Positions 46,448 to 57,125 are shown, counted from the first letter of the stretch. The stretch is DNA of 64,000 bases from an uncultured Gammaproteobacteria bacterium (GCA_964503265.1 CAZCYO010000002.1:258604-322603), one strand, 5' to 3'. The notes: generated by a model not told the origin, from the letters alone. Numbers and translations: made by a program.

Positions 46448-47630
46448 TCACTTCGTCTAAACTAACTAATTCTATCTTTTCTTCGACTCTTTTCTTCCAT
46501 TCTATCTGCTCGCCGGTTTTATTACTTACAACAAGGCGAACTGGTATTCCTAGTAAATCTGCGTCTGCAAATTTCTCACCAGCGCCTATATCTCGATCAT
46601 CAAAAAGCACTTCTATACCCGCTTTTTGTAACTGATCATATACTTCATTTGCCTTCTCATTAAGACCAACTAAATGAACTTGAAAAGGCGCGACACTTTC
46701 AGGCCAGATAATTCCTTTTTCGTCATGTGATGCCTCTACAATCGCTCCGACTAGTCTCGTCATGCCAATACCATAACTTCCAAACCACACAGGCTTTTTG
46801 CTTCCTCCGGAATCTGTGTAGTATGCTCCCATTTTCTCAGCGTACGTTGTACCAAGTGGGAAAATGTTTCCAACCTCAATTGATTTAACTGATTCAAGTG
46901 TTGGATTATTCATGTCTTCATCGGTCATAATTTCTTTATTTTTCCAGAACTTCCATCCATCAGCGTAATAAATCACGTCTTCTCCCGCATCAGTTTTGAG
47001 TTGATATTCATGAGTATGATTTTTAGTAAAGACACCACCATCTGCTTCTGCTATTACAACATCAAGTCCCATTCGTTTAAATGAAGCCATATATGCATCA
47101 GATACCTCCCAATAATATTTCATGAGATCTTCTTCAGTTGCGTGAGCACTATATAGATCTTTCATGAGAAATTCTCGACCACGTAAAATTCCAGATTTTG
47201 CTCGAAGTTCTTGACGAAATTTTGTTGAGAAATGATAGAGTTTTATTGGAAGATCTTTATAACTATTTAAATGTTTACGAATTAAATCCATGACGATTTC
47301 TTCATGAGTAAATGACAGGGCATATTCTCTCTCCTCTTTTTTAAATTGATACATTACTTCAGCAGCACTGTCCCATCGCCCTGTTTCATTCCAGATCTCT
47401 TTAGGATGCAGTAATGGCATGAGAACTTCCTGTGCTCCAGTCAGATCCATTTCTTCACGAACAATTTGTTCGATTTTTCGCTCCACACGGCGCCCAAGTG
47501 GAAGCAGGGTGAATGAACCCGCCATTAATTTATCAATATATCCCCCTCGCATGAGAAGTTGTGCATTAATCGCGACTTCTTCAGCAGGTGCACTTCTTAC
47601 TGTTTTTGCAAATGATTGTGAATATTTCAT
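46425..47630 (-). CDS. proS: Proline--tRNA ligase (bacterial type lacking editing insertion)
   Basis: Class II motifs (FRQELRAKSGILRGREFLMKD), strong similarity to the ProRS N-terminus (HEEIVMDLIR). Confidence 0.85.
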   Translation of the reverse strand: MKYSQSFAKTVRSAPAEEVAINAQLLMRGGYIDKLMAGSFTLLPLGRRVERKIEQIVREEMDLTGAQEVLMPLLHPKEIWNETGRWDSAAEVMYQFKKEEREYALSFTHEEIVMDLIRKHLNSYKDLPIKLYHFSTKFRQELRAKSGILRGREFLMKDLYSAHATEEDLMKYYWEVSDAYMASFKRMGLDVVIAEADGGVFTKNHTHEYQLKTDAGEDVIYYADGWKFWKNKEIMTDEDMNNPTLESVKSIEVGNIFPLGTTYAEKMGAYYTDSGGSKKPVWFGSYGIGMTRLVGAIVEASHDEKGIIWPESVAPFQVHLVGLNEKANEVYDQLQKAGIEVLFDDRDIGAGEKFADADLLGIPVRLVVSNKTGEQIEWKKRVEEKIELVSLDEVIGRVVKR

Positions 47631-47858
47631 AAAAAAACCTCGTCACTGCATTCCACAATTACTATGTGAAATACAAGGACGAGGCAATCTCGTGGTACCA
47701 CCTTGTTTTTCCGCCAGTTGGCGGACTCATTACTCTTTTACGGTTTTTGCTCCGTACTGCTTCTCGCAGTCAGCCCCGATGTAAATTCGGGATCCCGTAT
47801 GAAAACTATCATCGAGACTCATCTGGTAGGATGCCAGACTATAACGCTTTATAAATTT
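47631..47858 (-). promoter_or_regulatory. T-box riboswitch leader (tRNA-Pro responsive) with terminator
   Basis: Minus strand contains the T-box sequence AAGGUGGUACCACGAG (forward 47689-47704). Terminator CCTCGTC...GACGAGG + U7 (47631-47684). Candidate specifier AUCCUACC (CCU Pro codon). Confidence 0.7.
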
Positions 47859-47886
47859 ATTATACAGTCAATTCATTGTTTGTCAA
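47859..47886 (-). promoter_or_regulatory. Extended -10 promoter (TTGACA-16-TGnTATAAT) driving the T-box leader/proS
   Basis: Minus strand TTGACAaacaatgaattgacTGTATAAT. Confidence 0.55.
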
Positions 47887-47928
47887 TCTACGCTTTACAT
47901 TTATATTATTACCGCTATAATTCGTTCC

Positions 47929-48282
47929 ATGTCAGAGAAAGTAAAATTTAATTTTCTTGAATTTGAAAGTGCAGAAGATGGCGAAGGCAGAAATGGCTAT
48001 AGCCTGCAAGCCACTCCAGGTTTAATGAAAGATATTCCTCTCATGACAGAGTATTTAAAATATGGTGTTGGCAATGGAAGAGAAATAACAGTAAAGCAAG
48101 GTCCTGAATTAACGACTCTTCTTAAGGTCGAAGAACTAGATGTTTATGGTGATGCTCCATCTAATACGAAGATAGATATCGCAAGACAAATCGCAGAAGG
48201 ACTTATCAAATATCATAACCAAAATCCTTTTGACGAAATTCGAATTGAATATCCTCACCGTTCGATTACACCTCAGAAATAA
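47929..48282 (+). CDS. Hypothetical small protein (117 aa)
   Basis: ORF only. Confidence 0.4.
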   Translation: MSEKVKFNFLEFESAEDGEGRNGYSLQATPGLMKDIPLMTEYLKYGVGNGREITVKQGPELTTLLKVEELDVYGDAPSNTKIDIARQIAEGLIKYHNQNPFDEIRIEYPHRSITPQK

Positions 48283-48314
48283 CTAAAATGCGATGTGAAA
48301 GCATAGGAGAAACG

Positions 48315-49313
48315 CTACTCGTTTTTTTTCTTAACTGCATGCCCACCAAACTCTCTTCGTAGTGCAGCCACCATTTTCGCGGCAAATGAATCTCGAATGT
48401 TTGGGTCTATCTTTGATCTTCGTCTAAAATCAAGTGATTGCTCGATATTCTCAATCGGAACTCCTTCTTTTTTCGCTTCTTGAATCGTCCACTCACCTTC
48501 CCCTGTCGCATCAATCTCACCTATAATATCTGACAATGTATTATCTTTTTCAAGAGCATCTCGTGCACGATCAATGAGAAAGCTATCGACGATCGTTCCG
48601 TGCTGCCAGAGCTTTGATACTTCGAGTAAGTCTATATCATATGGAGCTTTCTCAAGTACACCAAACCCCTCTCCGATCGCTTGCATCATGCCATACTCAA
48701 TGCCATTATGCACCATCTTTACGAAATGTCCTGCTCCACCAGTTCCGAGATATGCATGCCCACCGTTTGGTTTCGCTAAACTATCAAGAAGAGAACTAAT
48801 CTCTTCATAAGCACTTTTATCCCCACCAACCATCATCGGATATCCTTCTTTCTCTGCAATTACTCCACCCGATACGCCAATTCCTAAAAATCGAACGTGT
48901 TTTTCTTTAAAAAGATTCGCGCGTCTTTCTGTATCATGAAAATTTGCATTCGCACCATCGATCACAATAGCTTCGTTATTTGTCATTCCGGTCCCGCCTG
49001 ACGGGATCAAGACTTCTCCGGAATCTTTTTCCGATGTAAGAATGCCAAGTGCTTCCTGAAGAATTTGCTCACTTGCATCACCTGATGGCAGCATGGACCA
49101 AATAACTTTTGGTGACTCAAGACATGAAACAGCATCTACAACTGTATCCTTCGCAGATAGCTTACCATCTAATTTCTTATCAGTCATACTCTTAAAAAAT
49201 TCTTCGACCACATCTTTTGAACGATTCCACACTACTACCTCATGTCCATCACGAAGTAACTTCTCAACCATCCGCGTTCCCATTTTTCCAAGCCCCAAAA
49301 ATCCTAGTTTCAT
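48315..49313 (-). CDS. gnd: 6-phosphogluconate dehydrogenase (decarboxylating), short YqeC-type
   Basis: N-terminal Rossmann GFLGLGKMG, 6PGDH C-domain (HFVKMVHNGIEYGMMQ). Confidence 0.85.
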   Translation of the reverse strand: MKLGFLGLGKMGTRMVEKLLRDGHEVVVWNRSKDVVEEFFKSMTDKKLDGKLSAKDTVVDAVSCLESPKVIWSMLPSGDASEQILQEALGILTSEKDSGEVLIPSGGTGMTNNEAIVIDGANANFHDTERRANLFKEKHVRFLGIGVSGGVIAEKEGYPMMVGGDKSAYEEISSLLDSLAKPNGGHAYLGTGGAGHFVKMVHNGIEYGMMQAIGEGFGVLEKAPYDIDLLEVSKLWQHGTIVDSFLIDRARDALEKDNTLSDIIGEIDATGEGEWTIQEAKKEGVPIENIEQSLDFRRRSKIDPNIRDSFAAKMVAALRREFGGHAVKKKNE

Positions 49314-49314
49314 A

Positions 49315-50253
49315 TTACTTATTCTGAACTTGTTTTACCGCATTTTCAAGTCCTACTAACGCGTTTGCAACTGTAGCTATTTCCTTATTTCGTTTAAATA
49401 GTTCTTGAACTACACCAATTCCTTGTCTAATATGTGCTGTTTGATACGAATTCTGAGGAGTATGAGTAGTTTGGCCATATGCAAAATATGTGATGGCCAT
49501 AATAACTTGTTGTATAGGAAGTGGAATATCGTTGGCAGATACAATATCAAAGCGACTGTTTCCAGCAATAATCTTGTTTGCTATTCCTAATGCATCTGCT
49601 CCCCATTCTTCTAAAAGTTGGACATCTTCAGTCTTTACTTTTGGAATTTTAAATTGATTGGGATCTTCTTTCAAACTAAGTGGAATTTCGTCAGGATTTT
49701 TGTCTTGATCCTCTAATACTGTTTCCTCATCAGTTTCTGTTTGTTCGGGCCAAACCTGTTGATACGATTCTTTCTTAATTTTTCTCAATGGTTTTACATC
49801 AATTTCTGTTGCGATACGAAGTGCTATTTCATGACCTGCTCCAAGCGCAAGAGAGGTAGTTCTTGCAATATCTCCCCATTCGTTTTTCTTACTTGGACTT
49901 TTATCTGCAATAGATGCTCCCCAAAATAACGCAGTAATTGCTTCAAGCTCGTCAGGGCCTACAACTCTAGTATTATTACTATTTTGTTCAAGTTCAACTA
50001 ACTTAAGTTTATATATATCTCCAACTAATCTTCTGCCATCAAATGGTGGCAACGATCCATATTCACCAATTAAATCACCAACTGCAATTCTGTCGGCTAT
50101 AGGAAATATAGTATTTCTTTCATTAACAAATTCACCAAGAGGAGATAAATATTGTTTTAATCTCGGATCTACAATTGAATCATATCGTTCAGAAGAAAAT
50201 GGTTTAGACTCTCGAGGTTGTGTTATTCCCAGTTCTGAATTTCTCGCACTCAT
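49315..50253 (-). CDS. Hypothetical protein between zwf and gnd (positional analogue of OpcA)
   Basis: 312-aa ORF tightly packed between zwf and gnd. No motif recognised. Confidence 0.4.
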   Translation of the reverse strand: MSARNSELGITQPRESKPFSSERYDSIVDPRLKQYLSPLGEFVNERNTIFPIADRIAVGDLIGEYGSLPPFDGRRLVGDIYKLKLVELEQNSNNTRVVGPDELEAITALFWGASIADKSPSKKNEWGDIARTTSLALGAGHEIALRIATEIDVKPLRKIKKESYQQVWPEQTETDEETVLEDQDKNPDEIPLSLKEDPNQFKIPKVKTEDVQLLEEWGADALGIANKIIAGNSRFDIVSANDIPLPIQQVIMAITYFAYGQTTHTPQNSYQTAHIRQGIGVVQELFKRNKEIATVANALVGLENAVKQVQNK

Positions 50254-50271
50254 TCGCGACCATTATACATT

Positions 50272-51741
50272 TTATAGCCATTTTTTGCCATCTTTTTTAA
50301 GTAACTCTTCGGCACTTTTGGGCCCCCATTCTGAATCTTTATAGATCTGCATCTTTGCACCATTTTTCTCCCATCCTTTGAGAATATTCGTGATAAATGT
50401 CCATGAGCTTTCTAATTCATCAGATCTATTAAATAACATTTGATCTTGAGCCAAAATATCGAGTAGTAATTTTTCGTATGCATCTGCCCCTTTTTCTCCA
50501 AATTCTTCTGCATATGAAAATTTCATGTCGACAGTTCCAAGTGCTAGTTTCGTCCCAGGTTTTTTCGCAATCACTTGCAGTCCAATACCTTCATCTGGTT
50601 GAATCCGAATCGTCAAAACATTTCCAATTTCTGGACAGCCATACTCTTTAAATAGTAAATGACATGTTTGAATAAATACTATTTTTATCTCAACGACGTC
50701 TGCTGGCATTTTCTTTCCTGCTCGCAGGTAAAATGGAACATGTTCAAAACGCTTCGTATCGACAAATAACTTCATAGCCATAAACGTCTCTGTATCAGAG
50801 TCTTTCGAAACATCCTCTTCCTCAGTATAGCCATCGTATTGTCCGCGAACGACAGATTCATCCACTTTTTCAGGATCGATACAGCGAATCGATTGAATCG
50901 CTTTGACCCGCGCATCACGGACACTTTCTTTCGAAAAGCCTTTGGGCTGCTCCATCGCAACTGCAGCAACAAGTTGAAGTAAATGATTCTGTGCAACATC
51001 ACGTAGTATTCCCACACCATCAAAAAACATTCCCCGTCCACTAACCCCTCGTTTCTCACCAAAGGTTATTTGTACTTGCTCAATATACGTATTATTCCAC
51101 ACTGGTTCAAAAATCCCATTTGCGAAACGGAATGCGATCATGTTCTGGACTGTTTCCTTCCCTAAATAGTGATCGACACGATAAATTTGTTTTTCTTCAA
51201 ATATTTCAGCGAGCATTCGGTCAAGTGATCTGGCAGTCTCTAAATCTTTTCCAAATGGTTTTTCAATTGCTACCCGTGTCCACTTAGAAATATCTTGTTT
51301 GCCCTGCGTGGCTTGGTCGAAGAGGGGTCCACATCCTTCTGAAAGTTTGGTCTTTTTTAAATGATCCAGAATGAAGGTATAGTTATCCGGAGGAGTAGCA
51401 AGATAAAAGAGTCGAGTGATACATGCGCCAATTTGCATATCAAATCCAGTTAATTTTTCAATAAGCTTTTCGTATCCTCCAACTTCATTGAACATTCCTT
51501 GTTGGTAATAAACATTTTGCATGAATTTTTCCCATAATTCTTTTTGAGTAGCAGATACAGGAATTTCTTTCGTTAAATATGCACGAAATGCTTCATAACT
51601 GAGATCACGACGAGAAAATCCAATAATAAAAAATGTTTCTGGAAGGAGTTTTTTAACGTAGAGTGAAAATAATGCAGGAAATAATTTGTGACGAGCCAGA
51701 TCGCCAGTCGCACCGAAGATGACCATAACAAATGGTGACAT
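50272..51741 (-). CDS. zwf: Glucose-6-phosphate 1-dehydrogenase
   Basis: GATGDLA NADP motif, RVDHYLGKE active-site motif. Confidence 0.95.
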   Translation of the reverse strand: MSPFVMVIFGATGDLARHKLFPALFSLYVKKLLPETFFIIGFSRRDLSYEAFRAYLTKEIPVSATQKELWEKFMQNVYYQQGMFNEVGGYEKLIEKLTGFDMQIGACITRLFYLATPPDNYTFILDHLKKTKLSEGCGPLFDQATQGKQDISKWTRVAIEKPFGKDLETARSLDRMLAEIFEEKQIYRVDHYLGKETVQNMIAFRFANGIFEPVWNNTYIEQVQITFGEKRGVSGRGMFFDGVGILRDVAQNHLLQLVAAVAMEQPKGFSKESVRDARVKAIQSIRCIDPEKVDESVVRGQYDGYTEEEDVSKDSDTETFMAMKLFVDTKRFEHVPFYLRAGKKMPADVVEIKIVFIQTCHLLFKEYGCPEIGNVLTIRIQPDEGIGLQVIAKKPGTKLALGTVDMKFSYAEEFGEKGADAYEKLLLDILAQDQMLFNRSDELESSWTFITNILKGWEKNGAKMQIYKDSEWGPKSAEELLKKDGKKWL

Positions 51742-51804
51742 AGAGATGATTATAGACTCCTTATACCCTAAACGCTAGACGCTAGTTTCTAATCAGTTGT
51801 TACG

Positions 51805-52146
51805 TTACTTTTTTGTACTTAAATATGCGGCAGGAAGAAGTCCGAGTAATGCACCACCACCGATGGCGAGTACTCCTGATAGAACGACAAGGAGAATAGG
51901 CCCGAAGTTATTCATAATGTTTTTTTTCTTAATTAACAGATATGAAACAGTAATACATGAAATAATTGAGACCAGCGAACCGACACGAACTCCCCCTTCA
52001 TATCCTTGGATTGAACTAATTATCGAACCTAAAATCCCAGCAGCTAACGCTCCAGCAAGTACTATCAGAATAAGATACGCAATGTAAAAGCCAAATGCTT
52101 CTTTAGAAGTACGTTTATATTTAAAATCAGTTAATTTCTTGAACAT
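51805..52146 (-). CDS. Small membrane protein (3 TM)
   Basis: Hydrophobic ORF. Confidence 0.4.
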   Translation of the reverse strand: MFKKLTDFKYKRTSKEAFGFYIAYLILIVLAGALAAGILGSIISSIQGYEGGVRVGSLVSIISCITVSYLLIKKKNIMNNFGPILLVVLSGVLAIGGGALLGLLPAAYLSTKK

Positions 52147-52206
52147 AGAATTATTGTAATTTTTTTTTGAAAAACAAACAAGAGAGAAAAATCATGTACA
52201 TACTAA

Positions 52207-52998
52207 CTATAGTATGTTCTGGTCAGTTATTAACACTGTTTTTTTTGCAATTTCTGGTCTTTTTAAAAAGCGTGAAGGGATATCTTCCTCAGGTCCATCA
52301 GAAAACATCATTCGTATCGCATCTTTTTTATCCTGACCAAAAACGAGTACAACGATAATATCCATCATTGATAGTCCAAGGAAAGTCATACTTATTCGCT
52401 CTCTAAATGTCCCAGATTCATCATTATATTCAGAAACTAATACATCCTTTTGTTCTGCATCGAACATCGGATTATGAAAAGCTTGTCCCGAACTTAATGA
52501 GGTATCACTTCTATTCCCAGCGATCCCAGCAGTGTGGCCATCAAGACCAATCCCAAGAGTCGCAATACTTTTTTGATATGTCGTATTTAAACTTCGCAAC
52601 TGTTCATCGTAGGAGTTAGCAGAATCACTACGACTCTTATTTTCCTGAAGTATCGGATAAAACGGTATCCCTCTCATTTCCGTATAGCGAAGAAGTCCTG
52701 TCTCTTTAAGCATTTTCTCATTACTTTTATCGTGAAACCTATCACCAAATCGTTCATCAACGAGTCCGATTGCTCCAGGCCTAAGTACTTCTTCGTGTGC
52801 AAGATCTTTATATAACTCTTTTGGTGTTCTTCCTCCAGATAAATATAAAACAGTTTTACTGTCAACGAGTGTATACAGAAGTTCTTTTGCGAGGGTAAAT
52901 CCTTTCGTCACAGTGGGGACAACTGAAATAATCATTCCAGATTGCTCATAAGTGTTTCGCTCTTTGTCTTTTACGATACTAAATAAAGATTTCTGCAT
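52207..52998 (-). CDS. pgl: 6-phosphogluconolactonase (NagB/RpiA/Pgl fold)
   Basis: LSGGRTP and GIGLDGHTAGI motifs. Confidence 0.8.
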   Translation of the reverse strand: MQKSLFSIVKDKERNTYEQSGMIISVVPTVTKGFTLAKELLYTLVDSKTVLYLSGGRTPKELYKDLAHEEVLRPGAIGLVDERFGDRFHDKSNEKMLKETGLLRYTEMRGIPFYPILQENKSRSDSANSYDEQLRSLNTTYQKSIATLGIGLDGHTAGIAGNRSDTSLSSGQAFHNPMFDAEQKDVLVSEYNDESGTFRERISMTFLGLSMMDIIVVLVFGQDKKDAIRMMFSDGPEEDIPSRFLKRPEIAKKTVLITDQNIL

Positions 52999-53043
52999 GG
53001 ATTAGCCATAAGTATACAGCATTTGAGGGATAATTTGTGAAGA

Positions 53044-55737
53044 TTAGTTAGGTGCGTGAACAGTATTCCCACCGTTATCGAAATCTCGCTGGAGAGCTCG
53101 ATCATTAAGGAAATTTGATGCACCATATAACTGTTGAATACGATATTGAACTGTTTGGATATCTGCTTCTACTGTAGATATTCGCTGTTTCAATCCTGAT
53201 GTAAATGGAGTTGTTACAGCATTACTTCCAAGTGGGTCTGTCCACCAAATCTCTGAGCCGCCATTATTAGAAACACGATTTCGGCCAAAATATGCTGTTC
53301 GATGAAGTCCTTTAAACGCTGCTTGAGGTGAATTCCATGCAGCGCCTTTCACTCCTTTGGCGCAGTTTCCTGAATATGGAAGACCTTGGTTGCATCGATC
53401 TTGATTATAGCCAATTCCGTTTGTTCCAGCTGGGTCTACGTATCGTACAGGATCGAGCACATCCCACTGTCTCCCGTGTTCTGCAATCATCTTTCCAGCC
53501 GGAGTCTGTATTCTTAGATCGCCTTCCCACAGTTCGTACGGATTAAAATAATTCACACCAGGATTTAAGGTAGCAAAATTATCTAAACAATACTTGTCGA
53601 CCATATTTCGTCCAAGTGAATCACTGTGAACTGCATTTGGTAATTTACTTATGAGAGGATCGGTAACGACACATGAGCCATTAGCATTTTTCCCATCAGG
53701 ACAAACGTTTGTCGATCGATCACTAAAGCAAAAGCGTTTAAATCCACCTGGTTCACCAAATGCCATCATTCCTGTCAGAAGTACTGTGTTCGTTGGATAA
53801 TACGCTGGAGCATTAATATTGTTTACGTTCACACTTTCACAAGTCGAGTGGAAAATAACTTCATGTAAATTATTTCTGACAGCATCAGCTGAATTGGTTC
53901 CTTGATGAAATTTATGAAGATGAGTACATACAACTCCCGTTGGTAAGTACGTATTAGAGTTAGCGGCACTATTATAGTAAGGAACGTTAACACCATTAGT
54001 TCCAGAAAGCTGCGCCATCGTATGAGTACTATTACCAGCCATTTCAGCTTCTGAATTTACAAACTCAATTTTATGTCCAACGTGATCTTCGTGTCTTACA
54101 AATAATGAGTCCCGGCCTTCTTGATTGTAGTATTGATCCATATGCTCATTCGCCATTCCAAATGGAATCCCAGCTCTGTCTCCCGGAGTGATTTTCCCAT
54201 CAGCAGCGATTGCTAATGGAGAGATAACACCATCACCATTGATATCTTTACCAAAGAATTTATAAATTTCATCCCAGTGCATATATGATTGTGGGTTCGA
54301 ACCATGTTCATGGCCAAAGTAACATTTACCAACACCAGTAACAGGGTTTGTTACAACTGCTGGATGCCATGTCGGATATTTTATGCCATCGTATGCGATT
54401 ACATAATATTGATTATGTGCAGTAACGACATCTGTACCATCATCACATTTGTCATAGAGAGGATTAGGTGCATTTTTACCTCCCACTTTCCATGCCATCA
54501 TAGACATACTTTCACCGTTCATAGTCATGCTTGGAACTGGAGTTGAATTACTAACTAGTGAAATCGTGCTAGAAAATACTTTTTCAGTTCCATTTGTTGA
54601 TCTAAATTTGACGTATAACGTTTTCATCCCAACAGTCGTATTACTAAATGTATATGATGCATAGGTAGGATTAGCTGTTATTGGAGCAATTGTGATAACG
54701 TTTTTTGTAAATCCAGCATCTTCAGCTAGAACTATATCTTTGGTGTATTCAGGCAGTGGAGTTGGTGTACTGGTTGCAGTTGGAATAAGTGTGGGTTTTA
54801 TCGTGGGGATAGCTGTGGGTGGAACTGAAGTTATCGCTGTTGTAGGTGTTGCTGCAACTGTTACAGTAGGAGTAGTCGATCCTGTTTCAAACGTTACCAG
54901 TAACTTTGGCGCGTTAGCAAGCCCGTTATCAATACTACTGACAAACTTACGGCCATATCCTGTCCCTTTACCTTTTAGAATAAGAGATAAATTATTTCCA
55001 GACTGCCAGGACGCCCCGTTAACAATCTCTTGAATGATTGGAGTAATAGAATCTAATTTATACGCAGTATTTGCTTTCCATTTCACATTTGAAGAATGAT
55101 TTACCCGAGCCGTTGTTAACACCCGACTTGAAGGAAGAGAGGTCGAGGTAAACGAAGCACTCGTCCCGCTTTTTTCTCCAGCATATTGAAATTGCATGGA
55201 TATCCATGCATCTTGAATAGAATAGACTTGCAGCGTTGCACTAATTATTTTCGCCCCTTTAGGAATTAATACTCCAGTAAAACGAAGCCCAGTATAACTT
55301 GCACCAGTCGGTCCTCCTGTTCCAAGCCAGACACTCTTACTTGAATCATCCAGTATTCCTTTTACTTCATTTACATCATCCGAAGAAGCATCACCTTGAA
55401 TACTAGCAGCTAATTGTCCAAGCACATTAGTAGTAGGGACTTTACTCATAGAAATATTTGGTTGGACAGCCCATGGAGATGTAAGAGCAACACGAACCAT
55501 TGATTGTGTGGTTTGTGTTATCAGATTATTTGCATCATCAATAAATGCTACTTCTTGACTAGCTGACGCATGTTGTCTGATATCCTGAGATGTTTTGGCT
55601 AAAATGAGAAAAAGAGGGAGAATTAGGATGAGAGAGAGTGTTATAAAAAGACTTACCGATTTTTTTCTTCGTAACAATTGATTAACAAAAGTTGCTGAAG
55701 AACGTATATATTCTTTCATATTATATGATATAAGCAT
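53044..55737 (-). CDS. Large exported hypothetical protein (897 aa) with N-terminal TM/signal and Thr/Pro linker
   Basis: Signal-anchor, TPT-rich linker (TVTVAATPTTAITSVPPTAIPTIKPTLIPTATSTPTP), Cys-containing C-terminal region. AT-rich promoter region upstream (55738-55943). Confidence 0.5.
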   Translation of the reverse strand: MLISYNMKEYIRSSATFVNQLLRRKKSVSLFITLSLILILPLFLILAKTSQDIRQHASASQEVAFIDDANNLITQTTQSMVRVALTSPWAVQPNISMSKVPTTNVLGQLAASIQGDASSDDVNEVKGILDDSSKSVWLGTGGPTGASYTGLRFTGVLIPKGAKIISATLQVYSIQDAWISMQFQYAGEKSGTSASFTSTSLPSSRVLTTARVNHSSNVKWKANTAYKLDSITPIIQEIVNGASWQSGNNLSLILKGKGTGYGRKFVSSIDNGLANAPKLLVTFETGSTTPTVTVAATPTTAITSVPPTAIPTIKPTLIPTATSTPTPLPEYTKDIVLAEDAGFTKNVITIAPITANPTYASYTFSNTTVGMKTLYVKFRSTNGTEKVFSSTISLVSNSTPVPSMTMNGESMSMMAWKVGGKNAPNPLYDKCDDGTDVVTAHNQYYVIAYDGIKYPTWHPAVVTNPVTGVGKCYFGHEHGSNPQSYMHWDEIYKFFGKDINGDGVISPLAIAADGKITPGDRAGIPFGMANEHMDQYYNQEGRDSLFVRHEDHVGHKIEFVNSEAEMAGNSTHTMAQLSGTNGVNVPYYNSAANSNTYLPTGVVCTHLHKFHQGTNSADAVRNNLHEVIFHSTCESVNVNNINAPAYYPTNTVLLTGMMAFGEPGGFKRFCFSDRSTNVCPDGKNANGSCVVTDPLISKLPNAVHSDSLGRNMVDKYCLDNFATLNPGVNYFNPYELWEGDLRIQTPAGKMIAEHGRQWDVLDPVRYVDPAGTNGIGYNQDRCNQGLPYSGNCAKGVKGAAWNSPQAAFKGLHRTAYFGRNRVSNNGGSEIWWTDPLGSNAVTTPFTSGLKQRISTVEADIQTVQYRIQQLYGASNFLNDRALQRDFDNGGNTVHAPN

Positions 55738-55943
55738 AACTCATCTGTACTATCTGTCAACAGATAATTTAAGTTTACTTAAATTTAAATTAATTATCCC
55801 TTAATGATAATTTAAATAAATATATACTCGTTTTTATCATATAGCAGATTAAAATTTAAAAAAAACTAATGTAGGCATCGACTCATATCATAACAGCTTA
55901 CAATAACAATGTAAAAAATAACACAAAGATAAACGAAAATAGT

Positions 55944-57125
55944 TTATTTGAAACTGTGGAAAACGTCTTTGAGGGTGATTAGTACAATAAGCGCAAGCAG
56001 GACAGTCATACCTATTTGATGGATATATCCTTCTATTCGAGGATTCATTTTCTTTCTGGTAATACCTTCAATCACGATAAAAAATAATCGTCCACCATCA
56101 AGAGCTGGAATAGGAAGAACATTAAAAATAGCCAGAGACATAGAAAGTAGCCCAGTTAAATTCAACAACTGGATTAATGCCTCTTTTGGAGGAAGGTGAA
56201 GAAGGCCACCAACAACCTGAAAAATCATCACTGGCCCACCTACTGCTTCACCTGCGATACTCGGATTTTTCTCTTTTACCGATACACTAATCAGGCTTTT
56301 TAACACATCGAAATTGTACGCAACTAAGTTCAATGGATGTGTTATACCTGAGAAAACTTTCTGTAATGGTGTTTCATACGTCAGTACCACGACAGGAATG
56401 CCGAAAGCAACTCCGAGCGCCCCCTGACCTACCGGTGGATTAGTACGAGGTGTAACATGAACAGTATACATAGTATTAGTCTGCATATTTTGTAACGTAA
56501 CATCTAGTTTTTTCCCTTTATTGAGTAAAATAATTTTTTGGAATGTTTCTACTGTTTTTATTTCTTTACCATCAACACTGATAACCTTTGAGAATTTTTT
56601 AATCCCTGACTGCTCTGCTGGAGATTTAGGTGCAACATCAGCAATTGTGGTATCTATTTTTTTAGTTTGATTAACACCAAAAAAATGGTAATTAGTTAAG
56701 AGTGGTAATTCTGTTTTAAATCCAGAAAGCCCCATAAAGAGATAGTAAACAAAAAATGCGAGAAATAAATTCATCACAACGCCAGCTACAACCACCAGTA
56801 ATCGCTGATAGACAGGACGTGTGAAAAATGCCCGTTCTAAATCTTTTTTATTGGTGGTTTGTGATTTGTTTTTTCCAGATGAAATACTTCCTCCACCGGC
56901 TTCGTCTTCTCCATATAATTTTACAAACCCACCAAATGGAAGCCAATTAATGGAATAAATTGTCTCACCAAACTTTTTCCCAAATGCTCGTGGTGGAATT
57001 CCCCATCCAAATTCTTCAACTTTAATCCCGTAAAATTTCGCAACAAAAAAATGTCCAGCTTCATGGATAAGCACGAGAATAGAAAGAATGAAAACAAAAA
57101 CAAGAATATTAATTATGATATCCAT
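55944..57125 (-). CDS. rseP: Site-2 (RIP) zinc metalloprotease RseP
   Basis: HEAGHFF HExxH in TM1, PDZ domain, LDGGRLFF motif. Confidence 0.9.
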   Translation of the reverse strand: MDIIINILVFVFILSILVLIHEAGHFFVAKFYGIKVEEFGWGIPPRAFGKKFGETIYSINWLPFGGFVKLYGEDEAGGGSISSGKNKSQTTNKKDLERAFFTRPVYQRLLVVVAGVVMNLFLAFFVYYLFMGLSGFKTELPLLTNYHFFGVNQTKKIDTTIADVAPKSPAEQSGIKKFSKVISVDGKEIKTVETFQKIILLNKGKKLDVTLQNMQTNTMYTVHVTPRTNPPVGQGALGVAFGIPVVVLTYETPLQKVFSGITHPLNLVAYNFDVLKSLISVSVKEKNPSIAGEAVGGPVMIFQVVGGLLHLPPKEALIQLLNLTGLLSMSLAIFNVLPIPALDGGRLFFIVIEGITRKKMNPRIEGYIHQIGMTVLLALIVLITLKDVFHSFK

